The translations under genes were made by a program, and so were the position numbers. The notes under the pieces were generated by a model, which was not told the origin of the DNA, ran no database searches, and was given only the letters and a program-made list of their open reading frames with translations. A stretch of 64,000 nucleotides of DNA. It comes from an uncultured Christensenella sp. Its GTDB lineage: Bacteria > Bacillota > Clostridia > Christensenellales > UBA1242. Location of the stretch: positions 2,578 through 66,577 of the forward strand of contig CAOJZM010000003.1 of the NCBI GenBank assembly GCA_948466185.1, written 5' to 3'. Positions within the stretch are counted from its first letter, which is position 1, and each line of letters opens with the position of its first letter. Below, piece by piece: positions 37,529 through 45,150 of the stretch.

Positions 37529-38929
37529 ATGAATAAAAAACGTTCTATACGTAGATTTGTTTTTCTATCAATTATCGCAGTTATTGGCATACTTCTTTCG
37601 GTATGTCCTTTTCACATTCCATTCACAAATCAAACTTTTAATGGTTTTGCAAATTCTATATCTCTTGGACTTGATTTGTCTGGGGGGCTTAGTGTAGTTT
37701 ACGATTGTGAAACAACTGGTGATAACATTGATTTATCAGGAGCGATTGACGCCACAAAAACCAGACTTCAAGAAATATTATATAATCAAGGCAAATCAGA
37801 GGCTCAAGTCAACAGGCAGGGGGCAAATCGTATCAGAATAGAAGTCCCAGATGCCGATGATACTGATGAAATTTTCTCCTTCCTTGAAAACCCACAAACT
37901 CTATACATGACGCTTGAAAAAGCTGACGGAGTAAATAGCCCTGAAATTTATATTTCTGGTTCTGATATCACCAATGTTTATGCAACAGCAAGAAATGATG
38001 ATAATAATAAGTTACAATATGGTGTTGTGCTTGAATTTAATAACGAAGGTAAAGCCAACTTTTCTAAACTTACAGGTGAGGCTGCTGAATCTTCAGAAAA
38101 ACTTGTTTATATCTATCTTGGAGAAGTGAAAGGTGAACCTTGGGGCTCTTTGAAATGTGAAAGTCAAATTAATGATGGGTCAACCTTTATTTCTGGTAAG
38201 GGACTCGATAGTGCTGACAAAGCCAAGGAATATGCTCTCAATATCATGAGTGGCACATTTAATGTTAAGCTTACGCTTGTTGAAATGAGTGTGATTTCTG
38301 CAACGCTTGGTCGTGACGCACTTACTTACGGTATTATTGCTGGTGCAGTTGCTTTGTTTATTATTATGCTTATTATGTGGCTTAGATACGGTGATTTCGG
38401 CCTGCTTGCCGACTTTGCACTCGTATTCTATATGATCCTCATGTTGTTCTTCTTACAGGCTATTCCTTTCGTTCAGCTTACCTTGCCGGGTATTGCGGGT
38501 ATAATCCTAAGTCTTGGTATGGCAGTGGATGGCAATGTGATTATATTCGAGCGTATCAAAGAAGAATATGCAAAAGGTAAGAAAATGCACATCGCTGTTA
38601 AGAGCGGCTTCAAACGTGCTTTCTGGCCAATCTTTGACTCAAACATTACCACAATAATAACTTCAATCATTCTTTACATTCTTGGAACAGCAGCAATCAA
38701 AGGCTTTGCTATAACACTTTTCCTTGGAATTGTGCTTTCAATGTTCACAAGTTTGGTTATTACAAGATTTCTGGTTAAATCCTATCTTCCACTCAATTCA
38801 ACAAAACCATATAAAGCACGCTTATATCGCGATAAGGATGTTGTTGAGATAAGTGAAGAGGTGGAAACCGTTAACACTACAGAAAAACCTGCCGAAATCG
38901 TTGTTGATGGAGGTGAGAAAAATGACTAA
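37529..38929 (+). CDS. secD: protein translocase subunit SecD
   Basis: MNKKRSIRRF start after AAGGGG. N-terminal TM, periplasmic-type domain, C-terminal 5-TM block (GIAGIILSLGMAVDGNVIIFERIKEE). Confidence 0.9.
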   Translation: MNKKRSIRRFVFLSIIAVIGILLSVCPFHIPFTNQTFNGFANSISLGLDLSGGLSVVYDCETTGDNIDLSGAIDATKTRLQEILYNQGKSEAQVNRQGANRIRIEVPDADDTDEIFSFLENPQTLYMTLEKADGVNSPEIYISGSDITNVYATARNDDNNKLQYGVVLEFNNEGKANFSKLTGEAAESSEKLVYIYLGEVKGEPWGSLKCESQINDGSTFISGKGLDSADKAKEYALNIMSGTFNVKLTLVEMSVISATLGRDALTYGIIAGAVALFIIMLIMWLRYGDFGLLADFALVFYMILMLFFLQAIPFVQLTLPGIAGIILSLGMAVDGNVIIFERIKEEYAKGKKMHIAVKSGFKRAFWPIFDSNITTIITSIILYILGTAAIKGFAITLFLGIVLSMFTSLVITRFLVKSYLPLNSTKPYKARLYRDKDVVEISEEVETVNTTEKPAEIVVDGGEKND

Positions 38930-40001
38930 GAATAAAAATAAATTTGCACCAAGCAAATTTTCAATGGATAAAGTCCTTGCAAATTCAAAGTTTGACTATT
39001 GCAGGAATATGAAATGGTTTTTAATTGCTCCTATTGTGATTATTATCGTTGGAATTATCCTGCTGTTTACTGTTGGCTTTAACCTCGGCCTTGATTTTAC
39101 TGGCGGCTCTATTATTAAAATATATACAAATGATGAAGGTATGATTGAAGATTATTACCAATATCATATAAATGAAAATAGCGGCGATTATAACTTACTA
39201 CATGACAAAATTGAAGCTGTTCTAAAGGAACATGGTCTTACAATAAATTCATATCGTACCACCACCATGGATGTAAAAGATGTCATAACAGGTGGCCTTG
39301 CTGTTGAAGTAAGATATCAAAATATTGAGGGGCAAGATGGAAGCGAAATTGCTGAAACAAACAAGCTTATAAGATCAGACCTTCAAGAGATCTTTGGCTA
39401 CAAACAAATTTCCGTTACCGAAAATTACACAAATGCCGTTTCCGCACCAGAAGTTGTCACCGCAACGGCGAGCAGTGAGCTGCTTATGAACGCATTCATC
39501 GCAATGCTTGTGGCAATTGTATTAATTCTCGTTTATGTTGCTTTCAGATTTGAAATTACAAGCGGACTTGCAGCAATACTTGCACTTTTCCATGACCTTC
39601 TTGTTATGACAAGTTTGGTGCTTATATTCAGAATAACAATCAACAGTTCTTTCGTTGCAGCACTTGTCACAATCCTTGGTTACTCAATCAACAATACAAT
39701 CATCATATTTGACCGCATACGTGAAAACATAAAAAGCGGAAAATTTGACAAAGCTAAGAACTCAGAAATTGCTAATAGTTCGGTTAAAGAAACAATGACA
39801 AGGTCAATCCTTACAACCTTAACCACCTTTATTACAATCGCTATGGTTGCAATAATTGGAGTTAGTGATATTCGCGAGTTTGCTGTTCCAATCCTTATCG
39901 GTATACTTGCAGGTTTCTACTCCTCAGTATTCATCACCCCTGGATTATGGGCGATTGCATACAGAAAACCTAAAAAGAATAAGAAAAAAACAACAGTTTA
40001 A
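38922..40001 (+). CDS. secF: protein translocase subunit SecF
   Basis: ATG 38922 after GGAGGTG, overlapping the secD stop by 8 nt. GLDFTGG motif, 5-TM C-terminal block (GYSINNTIIIFDRIREN). Confidence 0.9.
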   Translation: MTKNKNKFAPSKFSMDKVLANSKFDYCRNMKWFLIAPIVIIIVGIILLFTVGFNLGLDFTGGSIIKIYTNDEGMIEDYYQYHINENSGDYNLLHDKIEAVLKEHGLTINSYRTTTMDVKDVITGGLAVEVRYQNIEGQDGSEIAETNKLIRSDLQEIFGYKQISVTENYTNAVSAPEVVTATASSELLMNAFIAMLVAIVLILVYVAFRFEITSGLAAILALFHDLLVMTSLVLIFRITINSSFVAALVTILGYSINNTIIIFDRIRENIKSGKFDKAKNSEIANSSVKETMTRSILTTLTTFITIAMVAIIGVSDIREFAVPILIGILAGFYSSVFITPGLWAIAYRKPKKNKKKTTV

Positions 40002-40013
40002 CTGTTGTTTTTT
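39991..40013 (+). terminator. rho-independent terminator
   Basis: CAACAGTT-taa-ACTGTTG followed by TTTTTT. Overlaps the secF stop. Confidence 0.75.
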
Positions 40014-40052
40014 AATGTTAAAAGTTGATTAAAGTATTTTTTAACTTTGCTA

Positions 40053-40080
40053 TTGACAAAATTGAATTTTATGATAAAAT
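40053..40080 (+). promoter_or_regulatory. candidate sigma-A promoter
   Basis: TTGACA (40053-40058), 16-nt spacer, TGa-TAAAAT (to 40080). Confidence 0.45.
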
Positions 40081-40101
40081 ACAATTATAGGGGGATTGAT
40101 T

Positions 40102-40488
40102 ATGATAATTATATTAGAAGATGAAGAAAAAAGGTTAAAATATATCGATAGTGAGGAAAAAATTGAAAGAATTTTAAGACCTATAATTGAATGTGAGATT
40201 GGAATAGTGAAGCCTTGGACTCTAATGGAACATATAGATAATGCTTATGAGTTTACAATATATCATAGTCGTGTGCAGGCGGAGACCATTCGTGTAGACA
40301 ATGACTTTGAAGTCTTGAGATTTGGTTATGTCGATCTTAAAAGAACGGAAGCATTAAGACGTGCTTTGGCTAAAGAATATGGCGAACAATATCTTTCTGA
40401 TTTGCATGAGTTTCTTATTGCAAAAGCAGATGAAGAAATTAAAGAACTTAAAGGATTAGTGTATTCAAACCAAACTGAGAATACATAA
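40102..40488 (+). CDS. hypothetical protein (128 aa)
   Basis: AGGGGG RBS 7 nt before the ATG at 40102. No motif recognised. Confidence 0.55.
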   Translation: MIIILEDEEKRLKYIDSEEKIERILRPIIECEIGIVKPWTLMEHIDNAYEFTIYHSRVQAETIRVDNDFEVLRFGYVDLKRTEALRRALAKEYGEQYLSDLHEFLIAKADEEIKELKGLVYSNQTENT

Positions 40489-40496
40489 AAAGAATA

Positions 40497-40530
40497 AGAA
40501 AAAAGCGGGTGTTTAAAACACCTGCTTTTT
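40497..40530. terminator. rho-independent terminator between convergent genes
   Basis: AAAAAA-GCGGGTGTT-taaa-AACACCTGC-TTTTT. Confidence 0.75.
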
Positions 40531-40568
40531 GTGCCTTAGGCACTTTCTTATGTCTAAAACAACATTTT

Positions 40569-40600
40569 GTCATTCCAAGCGTGTCCACTGGATTCTTACC
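40569..40600 (+). repeat. copy of short GTCATT-type intergenic repeat
   Basis: GTCATTCCAAGCGTGTCCACTGGATTCTTACC resembles the units in the rpsB leader (42600-42775). Confidence 0.45.
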
Positions 40601-40632
40601 TTTACTCAGGATACCATTTATAAGACAGCCCT

Positions 40633-42402
40633 TCAACTTTCTGATTTATAGAAATTATTATAATCCTTACAGTTTTCCATTAAATACTTATGGGTGCCAC
40701 GCTTTGCGACTTTGCCATTTTTTATAAAGAGTATTTCATCTGCGTCAATGATGGTTGAAAGACGGTGAGCGATGATGATTACTGTACGAGAGCCAGAAAG
40801 GGAAGCAATCACTTGTTTAATCTTCTCTTGGTTTTCATTGTCAAGTGAACTTGTCGCTTCGTCTAGAATAAGTATAGGGGAGGCGATAAGCAATCCTCTT
40901 GCAATGGCAAGTCGTTGTTTTTGTCCGCCTGAAAGAACAATACCATTCTCGCCAAGTTTAGTGTCAAGTCCGTCTTTTTGCGATGAAATAAAATCATATA
41001 ATTGTGCTTTTGTAAATGCGTCAATAATTTCTTCTTCGGTGGCATCTGGCTTTACAATAGTTAAGTTTTCACGGAAGGTCATGTTAAACACATAAGGGTC
41101 TTGCGGAACCACCGTAATAAGTTTACGTATGCTCTCACGACTCAGGTCTTTAATATTTGAGCCAGCAACAATAACCTCACCCTCGTTTACATCATACATT
41201 TTGGATAGCAGCCTTATAATCGTACTCTTGCCAGCCCCGCTTTCTCCCGCAATACCGACGGTGGTGTTTTCTTTTATTTTGAAAGAAATGTTCTTTAAAA
41301 CTTCTTCCTCTTCATAAGCAAAGGTAACATTTTTAAACTGCACATCTTTCTTTTTGCCCATATCAATCTGACTGTCGCCAAATTCCTCAAAGCCGTATTT
41401 GTTTCCGCTAAGCACTTGGTTAATTCGGTATGAGTGGTATTCTGTATCCTTTAAACGCATAACAAAATTGTCAATGGTGAAAGATAATGATACCGCACGA
41501 CCATAAAAGTTGTACACCGTGAGGGCAATAACAGGATCTATTTGATTGAGATATAAAAGGTAAACTAAAAGCACTATAAAACCAAATTGAAGAACATTTC
41601 GCAAGATGTTACTTGCTCTCATAAGTGCATGAATTTTTCTATCTCGTTTTGCATCCAGCTTGTTTGTTTCTTCCTGCAATTCATAGTTTTTATCATAAAC
41701 TTCATTTTCCATTTTGGAGTATTTTATATCTCGTATTCCGCGCAAACTTTCGTTCATAAAACTTGATGTAACATCACTTTTTTCGCGTATAATCTTTTGT
41801 TGTTTAATATTCCATTGCGTTCGGTAATATCTAAAAACAAAGATTATAACACAAGCAACAATAATGTATATACCCAGCCAAACATTTATAAACAGAGCAA
41901 AACCCATATAAAATATTCTTGAAGCAATATCTAGTATATAGTCAACTATTTCAATAAGCGAAGATGAAAATCTTGAAGAAGAGCCTTGAACAATACTCAT
42001 AAAGAAACCAGTATTTGATTTATCAAAATTTTGCATCTTTAAATTTAATGTTTTTTGCATCATTTTCATTCTTAAATCAAGATTTGTTCTATACACAAGT
42101 TTATTTAAAATGCAGGTATCATTTAGCCACCATATCAATTGTGTTAGAACCTGTCCGCCCATCGTAACACCACCATAAATGAGGATATTTATAAGGTCAG
42201 AGGAGGTGAGGGCTGCAATGAATTTGGCAGAGAATATCGGGATTGCAACACCTATTGCCACTGGAATAACTGAAAGTATTATTGCCAAAACAACAAGCGG
42301 CATATATGGCTTAAAAAAAGAGAGTAAACTGAAAAAGTTTTTAAGTCCTTTTGTGCCATCGCCATACACTTTGTACTCTTTAACTTTCTTTTGTTTACTC
42401 AT
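40633..42402 (-). CDS. ABC exporter, fused permease/ATP-binding protein (MsbA/MdlB-like)
   Basis: 589 aa. 6-TM N-terminal domain, Walker A GESGAGKST, signature LSGGQKQR, Walker B ILILDEATSSLD. RBS AAGGAG. Confidence 0.92.
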   Translation of the reverse strand: MSKQKKVKEYKVYGDGTKGLKNFFSLLSFFKPYMPLVVLAIILSVIPVAIGVAIPIFSAKFIAALTSSDLINILIYGGVTMGGQVLTQLIWWLNDTCILNKLVYRTNLDLRMKMMQKTLNLKMQNFDKSNTGFFMSIVQGSSSRFSSSLIEIVDYILDIASRIFYMGFALFINVWLGIYIIVACVIIFVFRYYRTQWNIKQQKIIREKSDVTSSFMNESLRGIRDIKYSKMENEVYDKNYELQEETNKLDAKRDRKIHALMRASNILRNVLQFGFIVLLVYLLYLNQIDPVIALTVYNFYGRAVSLSFTIDNFVMRLKDTEYHSYRINQVLSGNKYGFEEFGDSQIDMGKKKDVQFKNVTFAYEEEEVLKNISFKIKENTTVGIAGESGAGKSTIIRLLSKMYDVNEGEVIVAGSNIKDLSRESIRKLITVVPQDPYVFNMTFRENLTIVKPDATEEEIIDAFTKAQLYDFISSQKDGLDTKLGENGIVLSGGQKQRLAIARGLLIASPILILDEATSSLDNENQEKIKQVIASLSGSRTVIIIAHRLSTIIDADEILFIKNGKVAKRGTHKYLMENCKDYNNFYKSES

Positions 42403-42505
42403 AATTTTCTCCTTTACAAATAGACAAGGTCTATTATACCCCCCCCCGCAAAATTGTCAAGGATTTAATTTGTTAAAATTAATAATTTTTGTTAGGTAAA
42501 AATGC

Positions 42506-42534
42506 TTGCTTTTTTTTATTAAATATGTTATATT
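42506..42534 (+). promoter_or_regulatory. candidate sigma-A promoter of the rpsB-tsf operon
   Basis: TTGCTT (42506-42511), 17-nt spacer, TGt-TATATT (to 42534). Implies a leader of about 320 nt. Confidence 0.45.
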
Positions 42535-42599
42535 CAAACTTGTCATTGGACAATTTGCACTCATAGCAAATTTGCAAGCCGTTGCCTAAGACGGATTCT

Positions 42600-42775
42600 A
42601 GCAAAAAATAGATTTCTTCACTTCACGCCACGCTGTCATTTTGAGCGTAGTCGAAAAATCTCGTGGCGTTTCAGTCGAAATGACAAAAGTGACAGACGAA
42701 ATAACAAAAAATATACTAGAGTCTAAAAAGTGCTATAGATTCCTCCACTTTGGTCGGAATGACAATGTGAGGATT
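42600..42775. repeat. cluster of short inverted/direct repeats (GTCATTYYRA... / ...TCGRAATGAC units) in the rpsB leader
   Basis: GTCATTTTGAGCGTAGTCGAAAAATCTCGTGG (42635-42666). Inverted partners are TCGAAATGAC (42675-42684) and GGTCGGAATGAC (42752-42763). ACGCCACG (42625-42632) pairs with CGTGGCGT (42662-42669). Direct repeat ATAGATTTCTTCACTT (42608-) / ATAGATTCCTCCACTT (42735-). Confidence 0.6.
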
Positions 42776-42860
42776 AATAGAAAGTGGCCAAGCCACCGCT
42801 TGAGGTTGCTTGCAGAGTTAAAACTATGGGGAAGGACAAAAACAAAAGGAGGAAAATAAA

Positions 42861-43745
42861 ATGTCAGTAATTTCAATGAAACAACTTCTGGAAGCGGGCG
42901 TACACTTCGGTCACCAAACAAGAAAGTGGAACCCTAAGATGAAAAAATATATTTTCACTGCAAGAAACGATATTCATATCATCAACCTAGAAGATACATC
43001 TGTCCTTGTTGACAAAGCTTACTTATTTGTAAGAGATATTGTTGCAAGCGGCAAAAGCGTTCTCTTTGTGGGAACAAAAAAACAAGCACAGGAAGCCATC
43101 AAAGAAGAGGCTGAAAGATGCGGAATGTTCTATGTGAACACTCGTTGGCTGGGCGGATGCCTTACCAATTTCAAGACAATCAAATCAAGAATTGAACGTC
43201 TTAACAAATTAAACCAAATGGAAAAGGTTGGCGAGTTTGAACTTCTTCCTAAGAAAGAAGTAACTCTTCTTAAAACTGAAAGAGACAAACTTGAGAAAAA
43301 CCTTGGCGGTATCAAGGAAATGAGAGAACTCCCTGGCGTTGTTTTCGTTGTTGACCCTTGTATCGAACACATTTGCGTTAAGGAATGTATCAACCTTGGA
43401 ATTCCTATGGTTGGACTTGTTGACACAAATGGTAACCCAGAAGGTATCGACTATGTTATCCCTGGTAATGATGACGCTATCCGTTCTGTTAAACTTATTG
43501 CAGGAGCAATGGCAGATGCCGTTATCGAAGCAAGAGAAGGGGTTTCAATGAAGAAAGAAGACTCTGCTGAAGAAGAGGATATCGATCTTGAAAAGGCTCT
43601 CGCTGAAATGAAACCTAATATTGATATGGCAGAAGGCAGTGAGGAAACTAAAAAGAAACCTGCAAGAAAGAAACCTGCTCCTAAAAAGAAAGAAGTAAAA
43701 AGTGAAGAAACAGTGGAAGCAGATTCTGCTAAAAAAGGAGAATAA
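42861..43745 (+). CDS. rpsB: 30S ribosomal protein S2 (with about 60-aa acidic/Lys-rich C-terminal extension)
   Basis: [46 protein letters not shown] motifs. Confidence 0.96.
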   Translation: MSVISMKQLLEAGVHFGHQTRKWNPKMKKYIFTARNDIHIINLEDTSVLVDKAYLFVRDIVASGKSVLFVGTKKQAQEAIKEEAERCGMFYVNTRWLGGCLTNFKTIKSRIERLNKLNQMEKVGEFELLPKKEVTLLKTERDKLEKNLGGIKEMRELPGVVFVVDPCIEHICVKECINLGIPMVGLVDTNGNPEGIDYVIPGNDDAIRSVKLIAGAMADAVIEAREGVSMKKEDSAEEEDIDLEKALAEMKPNIDMAEGSEETKKKPARKKPAPKKKEVKSEETVEADSAKKGE

Positions 43746-43747
43746 TT

Positions 43748-44398
43748 ATGAATTTTACCGCTAAAGACGTTGCAGAGCTTCGTGCAAGAACAAATGCAGG
43801 AATGATGGACTGCAAAAAAGCATTGACTGAATGTGATGGAGACTTTGAAAAAGCGACCATTTGGCTTCGTGAAAAGGGTATTGCTGCTGCCGCTAAAAAA
43901 CAAGGCAGAATTGCAAGTGAAGGTGTTGTATCTTCTTATATCCACATGGGCGGAAAAATCGGCGTTTTAGTTGAGCTTAACTGTGAAACAGACTTCGTTG
44001 CTAAAACAGAACTTTTCCAAGAAATCGCAAGAAACATTGGTATGCAAATTGCTGCTGCAAACCCAAAATATGTTAGAGTTGAGGAAGTTCCTACTGCTGA
44101 ACTTGAAAAAGAGAAAGAAATTCTCCGTGTTCAAGCTGCAAACGAAGGAAAACCTGCTGCAATCATCGAAAAAATGGTTGAAGGAAGAGTTAAGAAGTTC
44201 TATCAAGATGTATGTCTTATGGAACAAACTTTCGTTAAAGATGGCAATATGACGATCACTCAATATATCAATGAAATGACTCTTAAAATTGGAGAAAAGA
44301 TTTCAATCAGACGTTTCGTAAGATATGAAATGGGTGAAGGTCTTGAAAAGAGACAAGATGACCTTGCCGAAGAAGTTGCAAAACAAATAAAAGGTTAA
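43748..44398 (+). CDS. tsf: translation elongation factor Ts (short form)
   Basis: [22 protein letters not shown]-like N-terminus, [10 protein letters not shown], and [18 protein letters not shown]. Confidence 0.95.
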   Translation: MNFTAKDVAELRARTNAGMMDCKKALTECDGDFEKATIWLREKGIAAAAKKQGRIASEGVVSSYIHMGGKIGVLVELNCETDFVAKTELFQEIARNIGMQIAAANPKYVRVEEVPTAELEKEKEILRVQAANEGKPAAIIEKMVEGRVKKFYQDVCLMEQTFVKDGNMTITQYINEMTLKIGEKISIRRFVRYEMGEGLEKRQDDLAEEVAKQIKG

Positions 44399-44428
44399 AG
44401 AAAGCGGGCAAGCCGCTTTCTTTTTTTA
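44398..44428 (+). terminator. rho-independent terminator
   Basis: AGAAAGCGG-gcaa-GCCGCTTTCT followed by TTTTTT. Confidence 0.8.
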
Positions 44429-44463
44429 TTGAAATTATTTAGGATATATGGTATAATAACTGT

Positions 44464-45045
44464 ATGGAAAACAAGAGCTACTATAAAATTTTAGATTATA
44501 ATGATGAATATTTAGATTATCTATTCAAAATTCATAAGGAAAATTTTGAAACATATTTTGTTACGCATTACGGCAAGTGGAATGATAATAGACAGAAAAA
44601 ATCTTTTAAGAAGATGATGGAATCTGGTTTTTATAAAATGATTGAATTTAATGGCGAAATCATAGGCGCTATTAGTTTTGAAGAGGGGACACCTCCTTAT
44701 AGTACCGCCGATAATAAAGGCAAGCCTAGCGTTTTATGGTATTTAAATATAGACAAAAGGTTGCACGGCCAAGGACTTGGCTCGGTCATTTTAAGAGATA
44801 TAATACAGTCATGTAAGTTTAAACTAGAATTAAAAGTTTATAAGGATAATTTTCCAGCCCAGACATTTTATAGGAAACATAACCTGCATTTCAGACCATT
44901 TGAAAGCGATGACGATTTCTTTACAATGGATTTGTATACTAGCATTTATTGTAGAAGAAATAGTGGCGGAGCAACAGAAAAAAGTCCAATGATACAACAC
45001 TTAATAGACACCTTTAATAAAACTCATAATCATGAGAATGAATAA
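44464..45045 (+). CDS. GNAT-family N-acetyltransferase
   Basis: HGQGLGSVILRDII (Q/R-x-x-G-x-G/A acetyl-CoA loop) and FYRKHNL motif. No obvious RBS. Confidence 0.7.
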   Translation: MENKSYYKILDYNDEYLDYLFKIHKENFETYFVTHYGKWNDNRQKKSFKKMMESGFYKMIEFNGEIIGAISFEEGTPPYSTADNKGKPSVLWYLNIDKRLHGQGLGSVILRDIIQSCKFKLELKVYKDNFPAQTFYRKHNLHFRPFESDDDFFTMDLYTSIYCRRNSGGATEKSPMIQHLIDTFNKTHNHENE

Positions 45046-45068
45046 GGCGGATCAGTCCGCCTTTTTTG
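45045..45068 (+). terminator. rho-independent terminator
   Basis: AGGCGGA-tcag-TCCGCCT followed by TTTTTT. Confidence 0.8.
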
Positions 45069-45150
45069 TTGACTTTAATTTACCGATTGCTATTGACTTT
45101 CAAGTGGTTTTAATTTATACTATTAGGGTAAAATTACTAAGGAGATTTTT

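Noticed and set aside
42641-42921. ORFs 42641-42859 (+) and 42733-42921 (-) upstream of and overlapping the rpsB start
   Set aside because: They are composed of the short inverted repeats in the rpsB leader and have no RBS. The minus ORF also overlaps the rpsB start. Treated as repeat-derived pseudo-ORFs.
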